A stretch of 56,714 nucleotides of DNA, the filler included, from Trypethelium eluteriae (taxonomy: Eukaryota), in the NCBI GenBank assembly GCA_051942245.1. It is 3 parts of 3 records of this genome, joined end to end, with 100 filler letters (N's around TTAATTAATTAA, not from the genome) between each part and the next. Parts side by side here need not be neighbours in the genome. Positions count along the whole stretch, not along the records: positions 18,956 to 37,806 come from JAVECL010000547.1; positions 37,907 to 56,714 come from JAVECL010000548.1; 1 more part is not named here. One strand, 5' to 3'. Position numbers and translations under genes: made by a program. This document shows, piece by piece, positions 35,745 through 47,550 of the stretch (positions are counted from its first letter, which is position 1; each line of letters begins with the position of its first letter). Under the pieces are notes generated by a model that did no database searches, was not told the origin of the DNA, and saw only the letters and a list, made by a program, of their open reading frames with translations.

Positions 35745-37011
35745 ATGCTTGAGCGCACCCACTACGAAAATGGTAGATTTAAGGTACGGGCAGTGGGCGT
35801 CGTTGCATTGCTCGGTACCATTGCCGCTTTTGTCCTCTCCATGCTCTGTATATTCGCTGGCTCGAAGCCGAACATGATGGAGAACTATGACTTGTTCACC
35901 GTAAAGTCCCCCCTAATCCTTTCAATAGCATGGTTGCTAACAATTACGGTAGCTTAATCTCACTCGGCTCGGCGATAATTTCATCTACGATATTGATAAT
36001 GCTGCCAGCCATATCCTTGTTAGATCACTTCTAGATCAGCACATTGGAAAGCGGGATCTCGCAATAAGAAATCCTTCTCCTATCGTCGAGAACGTTGCTA
36101 TAGTTACACCCGCACCCACGCCAGCAGCTACTCTTAGTCCACGCGGTATATTCTCGAGCGCTACAGCTAAAGCCGGTTCCGATCTTGGGGGAATTGAAAG
36201 TGCTGGCAGCTCCGATATTGGTGGGATTGAAAGCGATGGCAGCTCCATCACCAGCAGGGCAGGCAGCGACTTCTCCAGTGCAACCAGTAGGATCGCATCC
36301 GACGCCAGCTCCGCTCTCGGAAGCGTCTCGACCGAGCTTGCGAACGCTCTTGCAAAAGAATTCACCGAGATGAAGGAGAATCTCGACATCCACGACTGGT
36401 ACTCCGTTCACCTCCTAGACTACTGCGAAGGCTACTACGTCCCCAACAAGAGCGACATCTCGAACACCACCATCGACGGCCTTCCCGCCCCAGCCTATCC
36501 CCACGAGAAGATCACCAAGAACGCCACCAGCTGCACGAAGCACACGCTCGCCTCGGATTTCGACCCCAAGGTTGCTCTTCTCGCCCTCTACTGCATCGGC
36601 GTCGCCTTCACCGGCCTCTCCCTCCTCCTCTCTGCCGTCTCCGCCTTCCGCTTCGGCTGGGTCGGTCCCTTCATCAACATCTTCCTCTCCCTCCTCGCCT
36701 TCTTCTTCCTCGGCATCTCCTCCATCATCGCTCAGGGGCTCGCCGTCGGTGCTGCCAAGCTCATCACCGCGCTTGGCGACGAATTCGGTGTTGCGGCGTA
36801 CAAGGGCAGCGACTTCTTCAAGCTGACGTGGACCGCGACGGCGCTGATGTTGCTGAATACTGTGATCTGGACGTGGGAATTCGGCCATCGTTTCAGAATG
36901 GAGTTTAGGCAGCACTTGGATCCAATGTTGGGTGGTTTCAAGAGAGGATTCAATCCTACAGGGCGGCCGAGCGTGTATGAGAAAAGAGGTGCTGACCCGT
37001 ATTCCTCGTAG
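35745..37011 (+). CDS. SUR7/PalI-family membrane protein
   Basis: LSMLCIFAGSKPNMMENYDLFT | LNLTRLG (intron 35901-35952), DIHDWYSVHLLDYCEGYY, three C-terminal TM helices. Confidence 0.88.
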
Positions 37012-37425
37012 GTGGCATATCGAGTTATGATGATCGTTACGATCTTGGATTAAGCATGGCGCTTCTTAACTCATCTTGCGGAAGGAGTTGGTTCAGCGAT
37101 TTTGGCTAATGATACACTTCTTTGCTTTCTTATTTCTATCTATTGTTCATATCTTGATACCATTAGAGCGTCTCTCATCATAGTCTATTGTACAACAGAA
37201 ACCCCTGCTGGATCAGGACATACCAAATTCAATTCCACCTCGTGTGTATTTCTTCCCTCACTGTATGGGTAGCACCCTTTGGGGAAAAGACCAACACCAC
37301 TGATTTCGATGCACGTACTTCACCCGATTGTGAACTGTATTCATCGGTTCAGGTAGAGGAAGCGATCTCTGCCTCAGCTGTCCTTTAGGTCCGGGTGGAA
37401 CAACCCACTCATCTCTGGAAGAGCT

Positions 37426-37806
37426 TCATCCTCCTTTGCCAGAGCCCTTCAAATTCCCATCGTCGAACATACTGTACGGCTTCGCCACCACACTTTCTGG
37501 CGCCCGTCCCAAGTGATCCACCTGTCCCTTCACAATGCTTCCGCTCCCCTGCGCGACTCCAGGATCAAACGTTGGCTCCCCTTCATTTGGCCGCTTCATC
37601 TGCTCCTCATGCAGCTTGTCCAGTGACTCTCCAACAACATGATATTTCGCCCAATTCACCGGCGGACAGCGAAAGATATTCTGCATCCCCGGCAGTTTCG
37701 GGAACCGCCCCTCATCATCTCCCTTCTTCCCTGCCTCTCCTGCCCCATTCCCACCTTCCCCCGTCTCGTCCTCATCCTCCGCATCCTCATCGTCATCCTC
37801 GTCCTC
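37426..37806 (-). CDS. C-terminal fragment of a hypothetical protein truncated by the gap
   Basis: Acidic low-complexity stretch followed by protein-like NIFRCPPVNWAKYHVVGESLDKLHEEQ; the 5' part lies in the gap. Confidence 0.65.
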   Translation of the reverse strand, partial: EDEDDDEDAEDEDETGEGGNGAGEAGKKGDDEGRFPKLPGMQNIFRCPPVNWAKYHVVGESLDKLHEEQMKRPNEGEPTFDPGVAQGSGSIVKGQVDHLGRAPESVVAKPYSMFDDGNLKGSGKGG

Positions 37807-37906
37807 NNNNNNNNNNNNNNNNNNNNNNNNNNNNNNNNNNNNNNNNNNNNTTAATTAATTAANNNNNNNNNNNNNNNNNNNNNNNNNNNNNNNNNNNNNN
37901 NNNNNN
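37807..37906. other. Assembly spacer N44-TTAATTAATTAA-N44
   Basis: Identical artificial 100-bp linker to the one at 18856. Confidence 0.97.
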
Positions 37907-38068
37907 GGGTATGTGGTGAGGGTGAAGGAAGAGGATATGAGGGAAGTGTATAGACGGGCGTTGGAGGAGGTTGGTGGGGAGGAGGGGAGAGGGAAGATTG
38001 GCTATGATGAGTTGGGCGGGATACTGGAACAAGTTATCAAGACCAATGCGACTACTGTGGTACAGTAG
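37907..38068 (+). CDS. C-terminal fragment of an unidentified gene at the contig start
   Basis: Open frame from the contig edge: GYVVRVKEEDMREVYRRALEEVGG...GKIGYDELGGILEQVIKTNATTVVQ*. Confidence 0.45.
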   Translation, partial: GYVVRVKEEDMREVYRRALEEVGGEEGRGKIGYDELGGILEQVIKTNATTVVQ

Positions 38069-38588
38069 TAGGGTGGTACACAGAACACATTGATCCAGTG
38101 GCCACGATGGTGCATGGTTCAGTATGTGTGTGTTCTGTCTAGGAAATCATACGCCGAAGTGGGAAGGTCCTGATTTCGTCTCGATGATTTGGAACAAGGG
38201 CTACATTCCCAAATCACAAAGAGGAGTTTCTCAGAGATTGGAACCGTTCTCGTCCTATCCCAGTTGACCATAGCTTCTGGGGCTAGTTTCGGAAACGATA
38301 CTGGTCGTACGACATCCAGGTGACACCATTGGCGAAACTCCGATGTCAGCCCGTGAGAAGATGATCTCTTAAAGTCTAGAAGGGATAGACGTGTGGCGTA
38401 TTCCCAAGACACTAATTGTTGCAATTAGCAATAAAAGTGGCTCATACCTAGTGAAAGGTACTCAGCAAGAAAACATCATCAAGCTGAAATATAATGAACA
38501 TCTAAACGGCATTTCATCTCATGATATGTACAACCTTACAACCTTTATGTCATTAAATTTCCATGTCGAATTAAAGGACGGTGACGTC

Positions 38589-40347
38589 CTAAGTCAAAAA
38601 TCTGAAGCCCTTCTTCGCCTCTTCGTCAGGTACACCGGCAGCTACAGCAACCGCTCCCTCTACGTGTTCTCCTCGATCAAGCTTCCTATTCAGCCTCACC
38701 AGAATAAACCTCAATAAGGTCGCCATGATGATCGCCAATGCAGCTGTCGCGCAATCGACTGAGAAGGCAACAGCTAGTCAAAATATTAGCAAAATGTCAA
38801 GTGAGAGACTGTTCGGGAAAAGTAATGGACATACTGTATCTTGGAGCAGCTGAATCCGGATACATGTACGAGGCGTAGATGGAAGAACAGTTCGATACAG
38901 CATTAATCGCCGCCTGGGCTGCCGCTCGTTTCGCGGGTGGACGTGGCATGACGTTCGCAATCCAAGCCAGCACGACGACATATCCGGTGTACACTCCTGG
39001 CACCATCAACATCATTGCGACATATCTCGGTGCCGTTGACGTTGTAGCAACACCGAGGATAAAAGCAGCAACGCCGACGCAAAGAGGCAAGACAACATGC
39101 AAATACCGCTCACCGGTCCTGTCAGCATGCCAAGCATTTATGAACGTTGCTATGACGGCCAGAACGTATGGTGGTGCGGAGAGTAAGAGAGTGTTGATAT
39201 TGTTGTACCCGAGGGTCTTGACCACGATCGGGAAGAAATTCGTCACGCTTCCTGAACTGACGATCCCAGTAAGCATGATCATGAGGATCCACATTTTAGC
39301 ATCCTGAGCAGCGAGCTTGAAACCATGGAAGAAGCTCTGCTGTTCGGACCCGACCCAATCATCTGTTCCAATATCTTCTTGTAACCGCCAGATTGCAAGT
39401 TGGCGTTCTTCTTCAGTTAACCACTTCGTCGTTCGGGGAAAATTAGGAAGAATTAGAAGCGCAATACCAGCAATGACGACAGTGATGGAGCCTTCAATGA
39501 TGAAAAGCCAACGCCTAACGGACAATCAGTATTGGCCCAGAGGATCAGATCCTAGATATTCATGAGCTGGATCAATCTTACCATGCCCGTAGACCTCTAT
39601 CACCATCCATATGCGCGGTAATACCAGCAGCAATTAAGCCAGAAAATGCGCCAGAGATGAGTGAACCGGAGTACAGCATTGCAGTGCGGAAGGCAAGCTC
39701 CTTGCGCGTATACCAAGAAGACAGGAAGAATAAGCAACCTGGAAAGTATGCGGCCTCGACAAATCCTAGGAAGAAGCGAACGGCTACCAAACCCCCATAC
39801 GTTTGACAGCCGGCGGTGGCACCGGAGACAACGCCCCAAACCATCATACAGCATGGAAGGTAGACTCCCGGCATGCCTATCTTGTTCAATAGCAGATTCG
39901 AGGGAACTTAAACATCATCAGTCACGGTCTTGATCACCAGTATCACAGTCTTTTCGTACCTTGCATTAACAGATACCCAACAAAGAGAACACTGACAGCC
40001 GTATTGAATTGATCTCCGGTCAGATGCAAATCGCTGGACAGTCCGGCCAGCTTGGCCGAGGGGAGATTGTTTCGATCGAGATAGTTCATGATGTACATCA
40101 AGATGATCATGGGGAGCAGTCTAAAGTCAATCTTTCTCACAAGCTTCCTTTCCAAAACGACGCGATCTTCTGGAGAGAGGTCGCGCACAAGAGGCGGCGC
40201 CTCTAATTGTCGAATAGGCACATCGGCATTCGCGACTACTGCACTGTCTATGAATTCAGGATTGAATTTTTCATCGCCAGTCACACCGTAGGCGGTATGG
40301 TTGAACTCGTCCTTGCCGTCATGGCCGTTTTCAATTTCGACGCCCAT
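38589..40347 (-). CDS. MFS transporter, anion:cation symporter / allantoate-nicotinate permease type
   Basis: LVRKIDFRLLP..MNYLDRNN, RFFLGFVEAAYFPG, WYTRKELAFR, WRWLFIIEG, ADRTGERYLH. Four exons; the last ends ...KGFRFLT*. Confidence 0.93.
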
Positions 40348-43300
40348 GGTGGTGGAGCGGGGTGAGGGGAGGAGCTACGCCAACACCGTAAAGAGAGCAG
40401 GAAAGAACAAACAGCAAGGTTTTTGAAGCAAACCGGATGAGAAGAGAAATGTGAGAATGGCAAAGAGATGAAGTTGAAAGGAATTAGCTCACAGTTGACG
40501 CCAAGACATGTCTGCGAGCGTTACATAGCCTAATGGTGTCCACTTTGGATCCAGCGAGATGGATATCCTAGACGTTCTAGACGATCCAATCTCCGGCAGG
40601 ATAGCCGTCATGGAAAGCACCGAAAGCACCGAAAGCCTTCGAAGCGGCTTCGACCAACTCCACAAAAGGCGGGGATAGGCGTAACACGTGCAGATCTGCA
40701 TGAAGAGCGCAAATTTTGCCGGGAAGTCATTGGATCCAATCGCGACGGGTTCTACAACGGCAGTGGCACGGAGTAGTCACTTACAGTGCGGCACTGAACG
40801 GCACAGACACCAGAGAAGCTCGGGGAGGTGGAGTCTTGGCTCTGGATGAGGATGTGGAGATATTCCGCCCTTTTACCCCGGACGGCTACGGTTGGGATGC
40901 TAATTAATAAGTGGCTGGGGAAAGGTCCGTGCAGATATGTGTGTGTGTCCTTACCTATGAAATATCAGAGATGGTACTCCGTACACTGTGGAAATACTGC
41001 TCAGGATTACACGATTTACTTCCCGACTTCTGGCAGTATCTTCAAGGAGGCCCAGATTTTTGGAAGAGTGTACCGCTTCTGGTAGTCCACTAGGAATGCA
41101 ACGAAGTGTTTCGAGCCTCAGTTCTTTGATCCGGGGATCAACACTGTTTGGAAACCTGATTGGAATCAGGAAGTCGAATTTAAACACCCCATTATAATCA
41201 GTATAGTCGCAGACTCCAGTACCACCGGCTCGATCTGGTAACTCTTCTTTGCAAATAACCTTTGCATACTCTACAAGCGTTCGTCTGCAGCAACCGTCGC
41301 TGATTACAATGCAATTTGCTTGGAATCCTCCTCACACTACCTCACTTCATGTAATTCCACAGCGAAGTTCTTTCTTAGTCTGAGCTATTGTCGGCCCAAG
41401 CAAATCTGCTAATCGCCTGCGCATCTTGCTTTTGCTTCAACCGCTTGACAGTGCCTTGGGTTCGACGATGCTCAAGGTGAGCCGTCCCCGCATCCTCGGC
41501 GCTATTACCTGAGGGAGTCTTTTCGGGCCTCTGGTTGGACAAACTGAGCCAACGAGTGGTCTCATCATAGTTATATAGGTGCTGATGATTCCACAAGCTG
41601 GCTCGAGTTGACCCTATCATAGGGTGGTATTCAGGCGCACAGGTGGTATATACCACGGTACGTACGATTTAGACCACCCAGTCACTGCAGGCTCATTCGT
41701 CAGCATGTGTAGATATATTGCTGCTCTTCAAAAACTGGCGAGAACCTAAGGCTTAAGACGACATGAAGCCTCTCTTTGGTCCAATCCTGCAAGATCGAGC
41801 GGTATACCCTTGAGGAAGCCATACAAAGGACTAGACAAACTGTGACGGTCGATAAGATATTGAAGGGGATATATAGCGAATGAATGTCTTTCTTTATTCC
41901 AAGAAGAGACCGCGACAATAGAGCTGTATCAGACCTGGCCACAGTGCATACGCATCTATTATGGAACGTAGTCTTGTGACTCATTCCGTCGCGGATTTGA
42001 CCAGCAACTGTTCATAAGAACCTTAAGAATTCGTAACAATTGCGAGGACCACATTGAACAGGACGAATGGAGCTGATGTAACGAGTAACAAATCAATCAG
42101 AAGCACTGAAATTACGATATGAGCTCCGTGACGACTGTCTTTCTACCGCCCCGTTTCCCCGACGCTATTATCAGAAAGTTACTTGCGTGCCTCACCCCAT
42201 TTTAGTACCTAGAAAAATCTTCCCTTCACAGGTCTCAGATTACAGATGAATCGAAGTCCCAGCGCGAACAAGGCTGACTAGGGAAGAGGCACGGAGCCTT
42301 CCAGTCCCACCGATGGCTCTTGGAGCATTGATTGGAATCATCGCCCTCAACAGGAGTGTCCAATGCGGAGTTATTTTGGAAGAAGGTATCATGGCGTCTA
42401 AGAAACGCTGGAATTAGATACCAGAGTACCGAAAGCAGTTGACGAGTTTCGAAAAATTTTACGAGAGCGAAAATGAGATGGGCGAGTGACGCGTCCACCC
42501 GAACCCGTTGCTGCGGAGAGAGAGCCCCTCTCTCGCGACGGAAGGAACGCGTTGATCAGGGGAGCACGAAATCGACCTGCCGGAACCTGCCGGCTCGGCG
42601 CCTAAGCACCTCCACTATCATCTCCTGATACCGCTTCTCAATCTCTTCGTGCTGTCTCCCAGAATGATGTCTTTGAGAATTCCGAACACGTTCTCGGTAG
42701 CTACGGGTTCAACTGAGAGCAAGATGCGTGTTGTTATGGGGCGAAAACAAGCGATAGTTCGCACGCAGCATATTTCAGAAAAAAGCTCATATCGCTCATT
42801 ATGGCTCGGAATATGTATCCTTGCTATGCAAGACGTCAGTAATATACCAGGACATCAAGTCTGCGGGCCGCATCTGTGAGAGGAGTAGGTGGCTTAGGCA
42901 CGGCGTGCAAAGAGATTCGCGAACGACGCAAACGAGGGTCTCCTTTTGTGAAAAATCCAATTTCTCACGAGGAAGGCAATCTGACTGGCATCTCCGTCGC
43001 TCTAAAGACCACTAACTCGGACAAGGAGCACGACTTCATGCCATATCACCGAGCATTGATTTAGCAGTCTCGAGTATTTCGTTGAGAATTGTTCGCCGCA
43101 ACTTGTAACGGGAATTTCACAATTTCGACTTGATCTCGAATCCACTCACAAAGATGTCCTTCTCTGACGTTCGCAACCTTTCGACTTAAAAATCGACTAT
43201 TGCTTCGTCTCTTCCCAAAACGATACTTGGAGCCAGCATCCTCAGAACAATTCCCACTGCTATGCTATCACTGTCAGTCGACGATCCCGCAGTCTTGGCG

Positions 43301-44470
43301 AGAGAAGAGCCTGAGCGCTGAATGCGGGTCCCGTTAGACTTAACTTGATCCGCACCCTAATCCACTACGGCTCGCACGGCTCCATTTCAGCCATACGACA
43401 TCCGCAAGTCGTGAGGCTCTTTCTTAGTGTGATCTGATGCCGGATATATGGAAGCATAACTTGCGGCCAGAGTGTGACACTCCGAACCAGGAGATGTCGC
43501 GGCAGATCAAGAAATTAACTGACGTCAAGGTGAATAATACAAGCGTCGGCGAGTAGAGTGCCGGTGAGCACGCCTCTGCCGAAGCCTTCAAACGGGTCAG
43601 ATAGGATATGAGGCCATTGTAATCGTTTGACATGGAATTGACGATCAACTGGTTGCAGGTGCATTTGTTGCGAGCCACGAAGTCTATGAAGATTAAAGAT
43701 TGAAGATAATCAAAGACACGATGTGAGACCATGGATGAAAAGACATGTGTGGCGGCGCTATCTAATAACATTTGAAGCAGAGCAACTTGATCATGGTCCT
43801 TGGCGCCGTTGATATTTACTGATATGGATCGAAGCGGTCAATCCAGGGCGATATGGCTCGATCCGAGTACGTGGACGGGTATCTGCCAGCACGCGATTAT
43901 AATGAAACCAATCGAAGGCAGAGTTCCTTCGACCCTTCAGCATCCATGCGTCTAGAAGCACACTGCATAGACGCGAGCAAGCCTCACGTCTTCTTCGAAC
44001 CACGCACCTGCAGCATCGATTCCGCAAAGGAGATACGGAAGCTCCATTCTCCTGTCCAAGTCAATAGAAATAGCATCCGTCCTCATTCAAGGATCACATG
44101 GACAGCAGTATCCGGTATACCGCCACTCCACAAAAAGAGTTGCCAGGGGTTTCCCACCTCCATCATCTTCACTTAATCTATGAAATGTTACTGCAGAATG
44201 CTACTAATGTAGCCAGCTTACCCTGGACACCATTAGGCAATGGACGGCAAAATAGATCGCATGCTTGGCAGGGTCTCTGCGGTGGCACAGGGCGCCGCCT
44301 GTAGGATTTGTCGAATGTGAGTTATTCTTTGAGGTTCAAAGTCACATTTTCACTCTGCCGAACATATCCCATTCTTCGTTCTCGTGTCCTACGGGTAAAT
44401 ATGGGAACCCATCAGCAGACCTTCGATAATCAACTCTTACCCATGGACTTTACCGTATGTGGCTTAAACC

Positions 44471-44488
44471 TCAGCCCAGCCCTTAGCC
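44471..44488 (-). promoter_or_regulatory. Putative XlnR/Xyr1-type sites (GGCTAA and GGCTGA) ~580 bp upstream of the GH6 gene
   Basis: TTAGCC at 44483-44488 and TCAGCC at 44471-44476. Short motifs that could occur by chance. Confidence 0.3.
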
Positions 44489-45063
44489 GTAATTTACGTG
44501 GACGAGGACCCCGCATTCTTGGACAGGATGTTTCAGGGTACCTGCTTCTGAGAGCTTTTACCCCGACGTTTCCCTGCAGCTTCCAGCGCTATGGTGCCTA
44601 TTGGATTCTCGGAAGCAGGCGCTGATCAGGGTCCAGCATACTAGCTTTGCTTTCCGATAGGCTCGTTAATAAAACTGTTCTACGCTGGTCTCTTCTGAGG
44701 GTGCGATTGACAGCTCACCTTAGGATTGGTGGACTGGGCAGTAATGCAGGCAAAATGATCTCTTGTCAAGGTCTGTTGTTATTGCACTTTTAATATGTTA
44801 TGCAGTCCCTGCTTGTAGTCTGCCCAGTCTTTGCCTTGCAGCTTACCATCTTCGGTCTAAGACTTTCTTCATTTGAATTCAGGCTCAAGCATCGTTATTC
44901 CCACATGTCAGAATTCTGTGTTTCGAAACCCGCATCTCAAGGTAACCCTTTGTTATAAAAGTCAAAGGTCTGCCCGGTTTCGTTGGAAGATCCAGTCATT
45001 TTCGCTAACTGTCTATCGTTCTCTTGTTTGGTCAGTCTTTCACTCATCATAACTATACTCAAG

Positions 45064-46336
45064 ATGGCACCTCTTGCCTCCACTCTCGCGGCCTTCACGG
45101 CCATACTGGCCGCCGTCCAGGCTTCCCCAGTTGCCACAGGTGCCGCAAGCCCTGCGGCTCCCGCAGCATCCGCAGCAACGACAGGCGGTTCAACCGTGGG
45201 GAACCCCTTCACTGGAAAGCAGATTTATGCCAACCCCTACTATGCTTCCGAGATCTTGAGCTCTGCCGTCCCTTCACTGTCAGCTCCCTACAACACCAAG
45301 GCATCATCAGTCGCTAAAGTCGGCACATTCGCCTGGCTCGACTCAACTGCGAAGGTTCCATCCATGGGAACTTACCTCGCCGACATCCAGAAGCAGAATG
45401 CCGCTGGCGCCAGTCCTCCTATAATCGGAGCCTTCGTTGTCTACGATCTTCCTAATCGTGATTGTTCCGCTGCCGCGTCTAACGGAGAATTTTCCGTTGC
45501 AAACAACGGCCTTGCCAACTACGAGAAATATATCGACAGCATCAAGGCCCAACTTCAGGCCTACCCCTCCGTCGACACTGTTCTCCTGATCGAACCCGAC
45601 AGTCTTGCCAACCTTGTCACCAACCTGAACGTTGCCAACTGCTCTGCGGCCGAATCGGCGTATAAGGCAGGTGTCACCTACGCCATGCAGCAGCTCAACT
45701 TGCCCAATGTCGCCATGTACCTCGATGCCGGACACGCCGGCTGGCTCGGATGGTCCGCTAACATCGGTCCCGCGGCGCAACTTTTTGGTTCGCTTTACAC
45801 TTCTGCTGGCTCCCCCTCCCAAGTCCGTGGTCTTGCTACCAACGTCGCCAACTACAACGGATTTAACCTCGCTTCCGCCCCATCTTACACTTCAGGTGAC
45901 TCCAACTACGACGAGAAGCTCTACATCAACGCTCTTGCGCCGCTCCTCACGCAACAGGGCTTCCCCGCTCACTTCATCACTGACACAAGTAAGTTCTCAT
46001 GCTGAGCCCTCCCGCTGTAGAAGGCCATGTCGAATACTGATAACAACAGGCCGCAACGGTGTTCAGCCCACCAAACAGCAAGCCTGGGGTGACTGGTGCA
46101 ACGTCGTCGGCACCGGCTTCGGTGTTCGCCCAACCACCAACACCGGCGACGCTCTTGCGGATGCCTTCGTCTGGGTCAAGCCTGGTGGCGAGTGCGACGG
46201 TACCTCCGACTCTAGTGCGCCTCGCTACGACTACCACTGCAGTCTCTCTGATGCTCTCCAACCTTCTCCTCAGGCCGGAACCTGGTTCCAGGCTTACTTT
46301 GCCCAGCTTTTGGAGAATGCTAACCCCTCTTTCTAA
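45064..46336 (+). CDS. cbh2: Glycoside hydrolase family 6 cellobiohydrolase II without CBM1
   Basis: Signal peptide; GNPF..YANPYY, VVYDLPNRDCSAAASNGE, IEPDSLANLVTN, YLDAGHAGWLGW, WGDWCNV, VWVKPGGECDG, QAGTWFQAYF. Intron 45989-46049. Confidence 0.96.
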
Positions 46337-47550
46337 GTTGGGTAGAAAATGGGTTACCTATTAGACTTGCCAAGAATGAACATTCGTTGTACATATTCGC
46401 CTTTTTATGTGTAGATACGTTCTCTATATATACTTATCTTATTCTTCCATATTTATTGCCACGCAGTCAGTAAAGCTATATAATTTAGTAGATTTACCTC
46501 GAACCCTATGCGTGCGGTCTTCTGGTAGCACTTCTAGTTGTTCTCGGAGTCTTCTCAAATCGGATCCATTGATAATTTGCAGTCTTGGTGCATTCAACTG
46601 GACAGGCGCCAAGTTTGAAGCCTAGTTGATCGTCGTCAAAAAAGGCACAATCAGGATGATCGATGCGGAAGTAGTAGACGAATTAACCATTGGCAATTTT
46701 GTAAATTATCCAACACATCGTTATTCAGTCTCGAGTCTATCCGGTTTCCGAATCGTCTCTTCGAACGTTGCCTGAATCCTTCCCTCCACTATTCATCTTG
46801 TCTACGTGCTTCTCCGCCTCCTTTTCGGACTTGCATATGAATAGTATAGCATTTGTTTGCTAAAATGAAGGATGTGCTAAGCCTCATGCCCTACTCCTTG
46901 GGTATGTACAAGGATGGAGCCGGAGACTTTTGGTAGATTGTTCTGCGATGCTATGGATAGAATTATGCAAGGGAAGCGCTTACATAATAAGCTGCACGAC
47001 TGTACATGAAAATCTCATTCCTCTGCTCTGAACCTGAGCACAGCATGCATCGGCCACATTACTTTCTCCGAGCCCCTACTACCAATGAAAATGCCTCCCT
47101 GCTTTCAGAAGGTTGCATTGGCTACTAAGCTACTTGGTGGCTGACCACAACCTTCAGCAAATTACGAATACACGCTTCGCACCCTCCGCATCTGTTACGA
47201 TTACCTGTCCGCAGCCCCATAGAGTCACTCAACTGGGCAACGCCCTTCAGCTGGGAACATCAATCTCGAGAATGAGTCAGATCCGGAGTTGGATAAGGTT
47301 TAACTCTTTCCAGGCGGAATCTCTAGCCTGAGGAAGCTATGCCAAAATAGTTTCACCCATTCCCAAAAACAGCTGCCTTCCTCCTACATATCGCACCTTC
47401 ACATCGGTAGGAGCTCTTTTATAGTCTATCTCCTGGATATCTCGTTTGTGTCAATGAAGAACAGGTGGCACGAGGGTTCAAGATAACCTGCGCGGCAAGA
47501 CGTGGTCCTTTAAGCTGGTCGTCCCGAGCCGGCCTCGGATTGCCGGTAGA

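Noticed and set aside
30361..37011. Methyltransferase and neighbours as a secondary-metabolite cluster
   Set aside because: No backbone enzyme (PKS, NRPS, terpene cyclase) or DUF3328-type oxidase seen, and the KEP-like gene lies on a different contig.
43320..43360. Hairpin TGCGGGTC...GATCCGCA as a possible TPP riboswitch or ncRNA
   Set aside because: Lacks the conserved TPP aptamer core, and no thiamine gene is adjacent. Short stems are expected by chance.
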